NCBI GenBank assembly: GCA_951406725.2
Contig: OX597814.1
Span: 113,274,001-113,338,000 of the forward strand
Direction of reading: 5' to 3'
Length of the DNA: 64,000 bases
Source: Octopus vulgaris
Lineage: Eukaryota
Shown here: one piece after another, positions 53,132 to 64,000 of the stretch
How the letters are laid out: the number at the start of each line of letters is the position of its first letter
Numbering within the stretch: the first letter of the stretch is position 1
Notes under the pieces: generated by a model
What the model was told of the DNA's origin: nothing
Database searches by the model: none
Seen by the model: the letters and a program-made list of their open reading frames with translations, nothing else
Translations under genes and position numbers: made by a program

Positions 53132-55505
53132 CAGTGATTCCCAAGGTGGGGCGTACGCCCCACTGGTGGGGCCTGAGAAAATTCAGGTGGGGCGTGGGGC
53201 ATAGACGTGGGCTGTGAAAATATTTGTACATGACGAGCGGTCATCGCGGGCACAACCTTAGATTCCGTCTTTCCTTTGAAGCCTCCACATCGGAAACTCT
53301 CGCACCCCAGCGAGACAAAGAAGATCCCGCACTGAGCAATAAACTTACTATTCAGATAAGCCAATCAATTGCCTCAATTAGTTTGCCTCAATTAGTCTTT
53401 TGTTAGCCCTATTGAAAATGAGCAAACCAAACAAGAAGAAGACTCGTCAATACGCGGTGGAGTTTTTGAAGTTTGGATTCATTCCTGATGAGCATGATGA
53501 GCGTAAACCGTTTTGCTTATTATGTAATCAGACGATGAGCAATGAGTCAATGAAGGCAGGTAGGCTGGAAGCGCACTTAAAGGTAAGACATCCTAATAAT
53601 TCTAATTTAGATTTGGAATACTTCAAATCATTGAAAGAAAAATTTAAAAACCGAACAAAACTCACTTCACTATTTCATGCAAAACAAGCGCCTCATACTC
53701 GTGCCCTTGAAGCCAGCGACGAAATCTCCTTGCTTATAGCAAAACATGGAAAGAATCACACTATTGGAGAGCAACTGATTAAACCTGCTATCTCAATATT
53801 CTTAAAAACTGTATTACAAAAAGATGATGGAGATATCAGGACTATGCCACTCAGTAATAACACTGTCTCGAACAGAATAGATGAAATGGGGCAAGATGTT
53901 GAAAGCCAGCTCATTGAGAAATTAAAATTGCGTAAGTTTTCATTACAAATGGACGAATCCACAATCCGGGACAGTGAGGCTCTGTTATTGACTTATGTGA
54001 GGTATATTGACCACGAGGAGTTTCAGGAAGAGATGCTGTTCTGCGAATCGTTTGAAACCACCACAACTGCAAATGATATTTACATCAAAACAAACATTAT
54101 TTGGATGCAAACAAAATACCAAAGGAAAACTTACTGGCATGTGCGGCAGACGGTGCACCTGCCATGATGGGCAAGAATACGGGATGCTTAAAAATGATGA
54201 AGGATGAAAATCCAAACATGTTGACTGTCCATTGTGTAATACACCGAGAAAACTTGGTTGCCAAGAAATTGTCCCCTGTTCTTAACAAGATTCTTCAAAG
54301 TGTGATCAAGTGTGTCAACAGCATGAAAAGAAATTCTAAATCTGAAGGTCTTTTTAAGCAGTTTTGTATAAATCAAAGTGCCGAACATGTTCGATTATTG
54401 CTTCATACAGAAGTAAGATGGCTATCAAGTGGAAACTGCTTAAAGAGGTTCATGGAATTATTTGATCAGATTAACGACTTTCTTAGAGATAAATGTGAAA
54501 TGAAATTGCTGTCAACAACGGATGGAAAAGCATTTGTCAGTTATTTGACAGACATATTTGAGAAACTTGGAAACTTGAATAAACAACTTCAAGGTGCAAA
54601 CATGACACTTATTGATGCAAAAGCAAAGATTTTTGGATTTATTACAGCTCTCGAATTATGGAAAAAGAAATTTTCCAAAAGAAATTTCAGTGAACTTTAC
54701 TGGTTGAGTAAATATGAAATAACGAATGATGCTGGCATTGTAATTATTGATCATTTAAATATCTTGATAAAGGATTTCAATGACAGATTTTGCGATTTAA
54801 AGGCAATGAATTTTCCTTCTTGGTTAACTCAACCGCTTCTGATTAACGTTTCTGATGCTACAATCCAATACCAAGAAGAGTTATCAGAATTACAACATGA
54901 TGAATCAGTGAAGATTTTGTTTAAATTGAAAGGTACAAAGATGTGGCTATATGACGAGGTTGAAAGAAAATATCCTAAAATTTCTACATCAGCGAGAGAG
55001 CTACTGATTCCTTTCCCTTCGTCTTATTTGGTCGAATGTGGTTTTAGTGCAGTTGATAATTTGCTCGAAGCCAAGAGAAACCGGCTTGAGATTACAAAAC
55101 GTGGCGATTTACGACTGAAATTAACAAAGTTGTCTCCTCAAATTAAAAACTTGTGCTGTATGCATCAGGCACAGGGTTCTCACTAAATTAGTCGAGCTGA
55201 CCGTCAAATAATTGAACTGAAAAAACGTGTTTCTTTATTCTTTATAAATTGACATTTTTTAAAAACATGAGAAATCGTAATAATTTTATCGATTTATTGG
55301 GTGTTATGCACTTTTAGTGCCTGTTGTTTCAATTCTCAAACTATTTTTTTGTATTTTGAATACAATTTTTTAATTTTTGATTTTTTTTCAATTGTAAGTA
55401 GGCCCACATGTACTTGTAAATGTGAGTGGACATGGGAAAAGGTGGGGCGTAAAAACTTTTGCTATGAAAAAGTGGGGCGCCGGGAAAAAAGGTTGGGAAA
55501 CACTG
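53132..55505 (+). mobile_element. hAT DNA transposon, Buster/Charlie type
   Basis: TIRs CAGTGATTCCCAA / TTGGGAAACACTG; 8-bp TSD CCCTAGAC at 53124-53131 and 55506-55513. Confidence 0.95.
53418..55186 (+). pseudogene. hAT transposase (ZBED5/ZBED8-like), one frameshift near 54090
   Basis: BED-like CxxC...HxxxxH, FSLQMDEST, DGAPAM, HCVIHRENL, TEVRWLS, SYLVECGFS and C-terminal QAQGSH across two overlapping ORFs. Confidence 0.92.
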
Positions 55506-55551
55506 CCCTAGACAAACGAGCCGCTTACGAGGATGGTGAAATTAAATTACT

Positions 55552-55875
55552 GGCGTTCCTTCGTTTTAACTCGACTAAACCTTAACAAGACCTCGGTTAT
55601 TTCCGTGACAACTCGACAATTCACTTCGGATATCTTCGTGACCTCCGAAAATTTTCGGATTTTACATACACACATGAAGCAGGTAAGAACAAATATGCAA
55701 AGCTTTTTGCTGGTATAATTTCTTTATATCTATATTCCACAACACATAAATACATAAAAACAGAACACACACACTGTCACGGAAGTCACGAAGATATCCG
55801 AAGTGAATTGTTGAGTTGTCACGGAAACAACCGAGGTCTTGTTATGATTTTATCGAGTTAAAACGAAGGAACGCC
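55552..55875. mobile_element. MITE with ~95-bp TIRs
   Basis: GGCGTTCCTTCGTTTTAACTCGA inverted at both ends; 8-bp TSD AAATTACT. Confidence 0.9.
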
Positions 55876-56212
55876 AAATTACTTACAGTAAAGATTAAAC
55901 TTCAAGTTACATATAAACACGCACACACGCGAGCAGTGATACGCTCATAAACACTTATAGCCACAACAAACGTCGATCCTTACATACTCCTCTCTATCAT
56001 TAAAAGACAACGTAATGCACCACGTCATTGTGTGCTTAGAGCGAAGTATTATGCCGTCGGTCAATGGCTGTTGCTGTAATTTCTGTCTTAATTAAATGAT
56101 CTTGTGGAGAATTGCTTGGTAGTCACGTGGACAATGGATCTGAGAGTTGACTTGGCGAATACTTAAGTATCTCAATTGAACTACACAGATTTGGAGACGT
56201 AGTACACATAAA

Positions 56213-56626
56213 TACAATTTAAGAAGAGTGGTCCCGGTGCGCGCACTCGCGTACTCGCGCATCCGCACTAGCTAGTCGTGACTAGTCGATCCTACAACGA
56301 CTACCTAGCGCGAGTACACGTATGCAAATTAAAAGATGGGTTTTCTTTTTAAACAAATAGGTTTAAACAAAGTAAATAAAACACAAAAAGACAAAGTAAA
56401 TGTTGTTTAGAAAAAAATTATTTACTTTGTTTAAAAAATTATTTACTTTGTGTTTTTGTGTTTTATTTACTTTGTGTAAAAAAAAAACCTATTTGTTAAA
56501 AAAAAACATCTATTAATTTGCATACGTGCACTCGCGCTAGATGGTCATTGTAGGATCGACTAGTCACGACGAGCAAGCGCAGATGCGCGAGTTCGCGCAC
56601 CGGGACCACTCTTCTTAAATAGTACC
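56213..56626. mobile_element. MITE with ~110-bp GC-rich TIRs
   Basis: ATTTAAGAAGAGTGGTCCCGGTGCGCG inverted at both ends; deleted relative at 52964-53098. Confidence 0.82.
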
Positions 56627-56747
56627 ATAAATGAATAACTAAAATAAACAAGATGAAAAATAAACAGACAGAAAACAACAGCGACAAGCAAAAAGTATTT
56701 GCAATAATTTTTCGTATATTTAGAGAACGGTGTTCTTTGTACGGTTT

Positions 56748-56819
56748 GGCTCGTTGGTCTAGGGGCATGATTCTCGCTTTGGGTGCGAGAGGTCCCGGGT
56801 TCGAATCCCGGACGATCCC
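56748..56819 (+). tRNA. tRNA-Pro(TGG), variant
   Basis: 72-nt match with D-loop and acceptor-stem substitutions. Confidence 0.75.
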
Positions 56820-58490
56820 GAGTGCAACATTACTTTTTGCCGCATAGGAAATTCTTCTAGTTGTTCCATTCGTTTGACTGCGGCCATGCTGGAACATCGC
56901 CCTGTAGGTTTTTAGTCTAGCAAATCTACTCTAGGACTTATTTCTTAGGCCTAGTATTTATTCTATCGGTTTCTTAGGACGCAAACACACCAACACTGGT
57001 TTTCAAGCTGCGATGGGGGGACAAACACAGACACAATGACGCACACATTTATGTATATTCGATATGCTGCTTTCAGTTTCAGTTTACCAAATCCACTCTC
57101 AAGACTTTGGTCGGCCCGAGGCTGCAATAGAAGACACTTGCCCACGCAGTGGGACTGAAACTGGTTGCGATGGAAGCTTCTTACCACACAGCCACGCCTA
57201 TTTGTTTTATATATATCTACGAGCAAACATTTAAACCAAATTTTCTCAAAACAACTTCTCCGACTGTCCCATAGGCCTCTCCTTTGAGAAAAACTGATTT
57301 AACCTAATTTTGAGACACCAGCAAAAGAAGAAATAAAGATAGACTTTTTTCTATTCCAAAGAAAAACGATTTTATCCACACAAATATGCAACCGAAGAGT
57401 GTAAAGTACCAGTAAGTACATCGCGACAGCTGATATACTTGCGCTTACAAATGCACGTTACCAAGGCTTTATCGATCGTATTCTCACCTGGAATCGATTT
57501 TTGTAATTTTTTCAAGATTTATACATGCCCTGATACCGTCGGTATCTACATATCAAATTTGAGCGCAATCGGATGGAAGATGCCCGAGATCCTAGAAGAC
57601 ACACACACAGACAGACAGAACGGATTTTATATAATAGACAACTGAGTTGGAATACATTTTTTCGTTAATTCATTCGTTTTTTTTTCTTTTCTTTCTTAGT
57701 ACATTTTCCTACTTTAAGATACTACTGACACACGTGATGCCCCAGAAAATTTAATTTATTAAAATTGCAATCTCAGTATGGTTGCCTTTCCGATGTTTGA
57801 AAATTCGAAAGAATAATAGTATTAAAATACATCGAGCAACCGTCATCTAAATGATTAATTGTAAGAAATTAGAAAGAAGAGCATAAGGAACAGTCTACTG
57901 AGCTGCAAGGAGCACTAGTCGACTGTTCCTACTAGCTGTTAAATTATGCACATCTCACCTCGTCAAGGACTGGAGACCCGACTGTGTCTGTTCGTTACTA
58001 TATAAGCATCTAAAACAAAGAGTCTCAAAGTTTTTGGGCGACATAATACCTTCAGTGACCCCACCCCTATTTTTATGTATAAATATTCTATATTTTACTA
58101 ATTTATATGTAATATGGATCATTTGATATTTAATATAATATTATATAATTTGTATACAATACTATAATAATATTATAAGTTCATAGCGTCCACCAATCCA
58201 CTGCCCTCCTACCAACGCCTCCTTTTTCTCTAACGGCCCTTCCTCTTAGGCACCAGCGCCCACCTGGACTGTGTCAATGCCCACCGGGGAGGGGGAGGGT
58301 AGCGACCACTTTGAGAACCTATGATCTAAAGCAATGAGTAGAATATAACAACATGATACGAAGATATATTTTCTTGCAATGCATAACAATGGAATGAGAT
58401 AATATATTTTCAAAATTAAAACATGACATAATATGAATTTTAAAATTAGTGCTAAAAAATGAATATCAAAACTAGTAAAAAAAAGGATTT

Positions 58491-58562
58491 GGGCTCGTCC
58501 GGGATTTGAACCCGGGACCTCTCGCACCCTAAGTGAAAATCATACGTCTTGACGAACGTGCC
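58491..58562 (-). pseudogene. Degenerate tRNA-Pro(AGG)
   Basis: 3' half perfect, 5' half mutated; further decayed copy at 58778-58840. Confidence 0.8.
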
Positions 58563-59646
58563 ACTTGCAAATAACCATGGAACTCAGCTACAAGGAATGA
58601 AGATTTAACGTCAAATTACCCGTGTCACCTCCTGTAAAGAGACTCCAAGATACTGTTTATGGAAATTGACAAACATATTATTTGTGAATTGGCAAAAAAA
58701 GCAAAATCAAATAATAATAAAATAAAACAAAAAAAAAAAAAAAGCAAAAATAAAATGTCAGAAAAATGAAAGAAATTGGGCTCGTTCGGGATTTGAACCC
58801 AGCACCTCTCGTACCGATCAAACCATTAAAACAATGAGCCACTCACAAATAACGGCGAAATTAAATTACATTTAACTTCAGTCTTGAGCCAATGCCTATT
58901 TTTTTACATAATAAATTTCCCTACCATATATACTGTTCTACTTGGCATAAAACTTTATCAATCTTGGTACTTCTGGCTCTCATTTTTTAAGTATCCTAGT
59001 GTGTCAATATTTTAACAAAACGATGGTACCTTTTAAAATTATAATGTTACTTTGTAAATTAAAACCAGATAATTTTTAATATTCAACTCTTATCCTTTTT
59101 AAGTAAAAATTTCTTCTTCTGTACTTTACCAGATGTAATAAGTTGTCCTGAATTTTTCCAAGTGTAATAACTTGTCCTGTAATTTTCCTGATTTATAACG
59201 TTAAGAATATTATTTCTCTTGCTCGCATTTTTCCATGTCATATATATATAGGCTGCTTCCAGTTTCCATCTACCAAATCCACTCATAAGGCTTTTGTCGG
59301 CCCGAATCTACGGTTGAAGACACTTGCCCAAGTGCCAGGCAATGGGACTGAACCTGGAACCATGTGGTTGGGAAGGAAGCTTCTTACCATACAGCCGCAT
59401 CTATTTCTTTTATGTAGCTGAGGTACCCCTAGACGAACGAGCCATTTTCTGATGGCGATGAAACAAAATTATAAAGAGTAGAGATTGAACATTAAATTAC
59501 TTGATTCACCCCTGTAAAGAGACTTCAAGATATTGTTTATGAAAATTAGCTAACAAATTATTTGTGATATGGCAAAAAAAATGAATAAATAAAAAATGAA
59601 TAAATAAAAAAAATGAATAAATAAATGTCAACAAGAAAAAATAACT

Positions 59647-59718
59647 GGGCTCGTCCGGGACTTGAACCCGGGACCTCTCGCACCCTAAGCGAGAATCATA
59701 CCCCTAGACCAACGAGCC
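59647..59718 (-). tRNA. tRNA-Pro(AGG), intact
   Basis: 72-nt match, TTCAAGT T-loop; identical to 60906-60977. Confidence 0.92.
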
Positions 59719-60390
59719 AACTATTAGGTGTCGTAAAATCAATTTACAAATAGTAAACATATAACTTCAATTTGCACAAATAGGCGTAGGAATGGATGTG
59801 TGGTAAGTAGCTTGCTTACGAATCACATGGAGTTAATACGAAAAGGTAATCTTTTTATATAACCTCACTTGGATGTCTTGTTAGAAGGCCGAATACTGCG
59901 TTATTAGCCTCGAGAGATCCTTGGTGCATAAAAGCACTCGTGTTGAGCGTAGAAAATGAGGATCGTTTGTCATGGGTGCCGGAACTTCCATCATCTTTTC
60001 GGGGTCGATAAATTAAGTACCAGTAAAACACTGGGGTCGGTGTAATCGACTAGTCCCCTCCCCCCAAATTTCAGGCATTAATAGAAAAGATTACCTTTTC
60101 GTATTAACTCCACTTGTCTTGAAGATCGTTATTTTTTTAAAGTTTTTCTACTCTCAGATCCACAGTCCACGTGTCTATCAAATAATCTACAAATTCTCTA
60201 CGATAAGGTTTAATAAAAAGAGGGAAATTACCGCAATTACGATTAAGCGATGACATAATGATTCGGTCTGGGTGCACTATAACCTGGACCCTTTACATTG
60301 CGTTTTAGCGATAGAGCTGTGTGTATGCATGTATATTTGTGTGTATGTGAGTATCAATATGTGTGTGTGCGTACAATGCGTCTATGATTA

Positions 60391-60595
60391 CTCTTTTACT
60401 TGTTTCAGTCATTTGACTGTGGCCATGCTGGAGCACCGCCTTTAGTCGAGCAAATCGAACCCAGGATTTATTCTTTGTAGGCCTAGTACTTATTCTATCG
60501 GTTTCTTTTGCCGAACCGCTAAGTAACGGGGACGTAAACACACCACCATCGGTTGACAAGCGATGTTGGGTGGGGGGACAAACACAGACACACAA

Positions 60596-60679
<84 letters not shown>

Positions 60680-60843
60680 GAAGGGATTCTTTCAGTTTCC
60701 GCCTACCAAATCCACTCACAAGACTTTGGTCGGCCCGAGGCATTAGTAGAAGACACTTGCCCAAGGTGCCACGCAGTGGGACTGAACCCGGCCCCATGTG
60801 ATTCGTAAGCAAGCTACTTACCACACAGCCATTCCTACGCCTA
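60391..60843 (-). mobile_element. SINE family A, full length
   Basis: Reverse-complement match to consensus. Confidence 0.9.
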
Positions 60844-60905
60844 TTTGTGCAAATTGAAGTTATATGTTTACTATTTGTAAGTTGATTTTACGACACTTAA
60901 CAGTT

Positions 60906-60977
60906 GGCTCGTTGGTCTAGGGGTATGATTCTCGCTTAGGGTGCGAGAGGTCCCGGGTTCAAGTCCCGGACGAGCCC
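60906..60977 (+). tRNA. tRNA-Pro(AGG), intact
   Basis: 72-nt match, TTCAAGT T-loop, T7 terminator. Confidence 0.92.
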
Positions 60978-61151
60978 AGTTATTTTTTTCTTGTTGACAT
61001 TTATTTATTCATTTTTTATTTATTCATTTTCTTGCCATATCACAAATAATTTGTTAGCTAATTTTCATAAACAATATCTTGAAGTCTCTTTACAGGGGTG
61101 AATCAAGTATATTTAAAGAAGTTTTAGACCCACTTGCGTGTCGGATTGATT

Positions 61152-61223
61152 GGCTCGTTGGTCTAGAGGTATGATTCTCGCTTCGGGTGTGAGAGGTCCC
61201 GGGTTCGAATCCCGGACGAGCCC
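61152..61223 (+). tRNA. tRNA-Pro(CGG), variant
   Basis: 72-nt match with 2 substitutions. Confidence 0.8.
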
Positions 61224-62529
61224 CAGTAACTGTTTTTCTTTTCATTTTGTTTTTTGCTATTGCGTGAACTTGTTGGAATACTCATCGTGTTCTTTTACTG
61301 ATTAAAAAAAAAATAATAAACAATATTTCTGTTTCAAGATGGTGTGAACATACAGAATATGCAAGGACTTCGTATTTATTTAAATGACAGTAATAATGAA
61401 GGCTGCGCTCCAGTATGGTCGTAGTTCAATGACTGATTGAACAAAAATACAAAATACTACGAAATCTAGTTACAAAAATAAAGAGAAAAGAAAAGAAAGC
61501 ATAAGAAGCAATCCCAAGATTTTCATTAATGAAAATTAATCTAATGTCTTTATGTTGTGTAGAGTGTCTGGTCTTTAAGAGCACAGCAACAACTCTGAGC
61601 GCGTTCTGGTCTTATCACACCTCATTAACAAAACATACTCGATATTAAAAACTCTAGCAATACAACAAACATGATGTATGAATACAGCTGAAATGCCAGA
61701 AGCTGCGATTTTCATCCGGGAAAAATCCCTCCCTAGAAATATTATGTTAAAAACCGCAATACACTTCCGAAGTAGGCGAAACGAATTCACTCCAGAACTG
61801 ACTGTGAGAAACAGATAAGTATTTCGCCGTTGTTGCGGCTTCGTGTCATGTTTGCAAAGATGTTTTTTCCCCCTCTAGCAGTTCAGCTACACACATATAT
61901 TGAGCACATTGCTTATAGTTATAGAGTTTTTATTATAGTGCTGTTTCTATTGAATACTACAAATATTTTATAACATTTTTGGTTACTCCTGGTGTTATTA
62001 CCTTCGATCTTCCTCTTTAGAATGAAAGCAACTGTAAAGTCATAATTGTATATTGGGCATGCTGGCCAGTTGAGGAGAAACGGCGTGTTGTATCACTGAA
62101 CAAGGCAATTTATTTCGCTCTACTCCAGTGTAGAGCCTAAAACTGACTGGAATCGATCTCAAAGCCTGGGGACATTTAAGCTCAGGACAAGCCCGGCTGG
62201 CGTCATTCAATTTCCACTGTGACAAATCATTCTGTGACAGAGGGAAGAGGAAGCGAAACGACAAGAAAGAAAATGGGGGCTGCAACAACCAAACTCTCCA
62301 CTACGGATCCCTTGTGAACTTTGCAACAGACGCTTCCATACCAGAATCGACCTCATTAGTCATCAGAGGCATAAACACGAACAGAGGGCGAAGAAGTGGT
62401 CAAGAAGAAACCAATTAAACGATAACTCGCCGCCGACGACGATTCCAGTGTACTTTGCGCTAACAACGACTATTTGACAGCTGTTGCTATGCACTTCTCC
62501 ATCAGTTGTTACATCATCCACGTTCTTAT

Positions 62530-62947
62530 TTCTTTATTGCTCACAAGAGGCTAAACACAGAGGGGACAAACAAGGACAGACACGGATTAAGTTGATTATA
62601 TCGACACCAGTGCGTAACTGGTACTTAATTTATCGACCCCGAAAGGATGAAAGGCAAAGTCGACCTCGGTGGAATTTGAAATCAGAACGTAGCGACAGAC
62701 GAAATACCTATTTCTATTTCTTTACTACCCACAAGAGGCTAAACACAGAGGGGACAAGCAAGGACAGACACACGGATTAAGTTGATTATATCGACCCTTG
62801 TGCGTAACTGGTACTCAATTTATCGACCCCGAAAGGATGAAAGGCAAAGTCGACCTCAGCGGAATTTGAACTCAGAAGGTAACGGCAGACGAAATACCGC
62901 TGAGCATTTCGCCCGGCGTGCTAACGTTTCTGCCAGCTCGCCGCCTT
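62530..62947 (-). mobile_element. SINE family B, tandemly duplicated body
   Basis: Reverse-complement match with a ~190-bp unit present twice. Confidence 0.85.
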
Positions 62948-63332
62948 ATTCATCCACGTTCTGTTGGGTCAAGTGGCGGAGTGGCCAGAGGGCTACTGTA
63001 TCTGTCCGTGACTACATAGGCATCTGAAGCAGTTAGCGGAAGATAGTAAACCAAGTTATATTTGCTTGTATTGCGTAAATGAAGAAATAAGAAATTAAGT
63101 TTTAAAAATTAAAACACAAATTTGAAAATTAGAGAAATAAACACATTCTAATTTTAGCACAAAGCCAGCAATTTTAGGAGTAGAGTTAGTCGATTACATC
63201 ATCTCGGCTCCAGTGTTCAAACGTTTCTTACTATGTTCAATCTTTAAAGGATAACATTGGTGGCATTTGAACCCAGAACGTACAGAGTGATACCGCTTAG
63301 CATTTTGTAAATATCAAAAAGAAAAAAAAGTT

Positions 63333-63404
63333 GGGCTCGTCCGGGATTTGAACCCGGGACCTCTCGCACCCTAAGCGAAAATCATACCCCTAGACCAACG
63401 AGCC
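63333..63404 (-). tRNA. tRNA-Pro(AGG), intact
   Basis: 72-nt reverse-complement match. Confidence 0.93.
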
Positions 63405-63840
63405 AGCTATAAAAAGTGGCTGAAATTTAATCAGAAATACTAAACATATAACTTCAAATTACACACGCAAAAATATGTGCACACATATATATACGTTCAC
63501 ATGTATACTGACATACACATACACGCACGTCATCAGGAAAAACAGCATACAGGACCACGTCATTATGTGCAGAGACCAAAGTATTATGTGTTATTTTTTA
63601 ATCGTAATTGCTGTAACTTTTCTCTTTTAATTAAAAGAACTTGTTAAGAATTTGTAATTGTTTTATAGACACGTGGACAGTGGATCTCAGACTAAAGTAA
63701 GAAAAAACAAAGAACAAAAACAGAAAAGTCTTTAATAGTGTTTTCGAAGCAGCAGTCAGCCAGAATCTGTTACTAATAAGAAAACTAGTATTAGTAGTAT
63801 ATTTAGAGAAATTTGACAGCTTATTGTGTGGCGACCCGGT

Positions 63841-63912
63841 GGCTCGTTGGTCTAGGGGTATGATTTTCGCTTTGGGTGCGAGAGGTCCCGGGTTCGAATC
63901 CCGGACGAGCCC
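63841..63912 (+). tRNA. tRNA-Pro(TGG), intact, AGG-type body
   Basis: 72-nt match, ATTTTCGCTTTGG. Confidence 0.92.
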
Positions 63913-64000
63913 AGTGTCCTTTTTATTGTGTTATTTTTTAATCGTAATTGCTGTAACTTTTCTCTTTTAATTAAAAGAACTTGTTAAGAATTTGTAATTG

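Noticed and set aside
53400-55186. Domesticated ZBED/SCAND-type host gene
   Set aside because: It retains TIRs and a TSD and is frameshifted, so it is a transposon copy

Overview
AT-rich, repeat-saturated eukaryotic (animal) DNA. The SINE families and the (TA)n/(CA)n/(TATG)n load look cephalopod (octopus-like); this assignment is recognition, not a search result. No intact cellular protein-coding gene is visible. The window is a large tRNA-Pro-only gene cluster with about 60 tRNA-Pro-derived copies on both strands, covering AGG, TGG and CGG anticodons. About 17 copies are consensus-perfect; the rest are variant, truncated or decayed. The cluster was amplified by tandem segmental duplications (1-15.5 kb vs 18.7-36.7 kb; 35.4-41.5 kb vs 42.4-49.5 kb) and by local inverted duplications. 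Interspersed are two tRNA-derived SINE families, a CR1/L2-type LINE RT fragment forming a ~2.2 kb palindrome and sharing its 3' tail with the main SINE, a PIF1-bearing Helitron plus a non-autonomous relative, a frameshifted hAT (Buster/Charlie-type) transposon inserted inside a tRNA-Pro gene, and several MITE/foldback elements. The most unusual signals are a recurrent 13-nt T-arm deletion in independent tRNA copies, apparent anticodon switching between paralogues, and the LINE-SINE shared tail. I see no evidence for a novel protein-based system. Coordinates were counted by eye.
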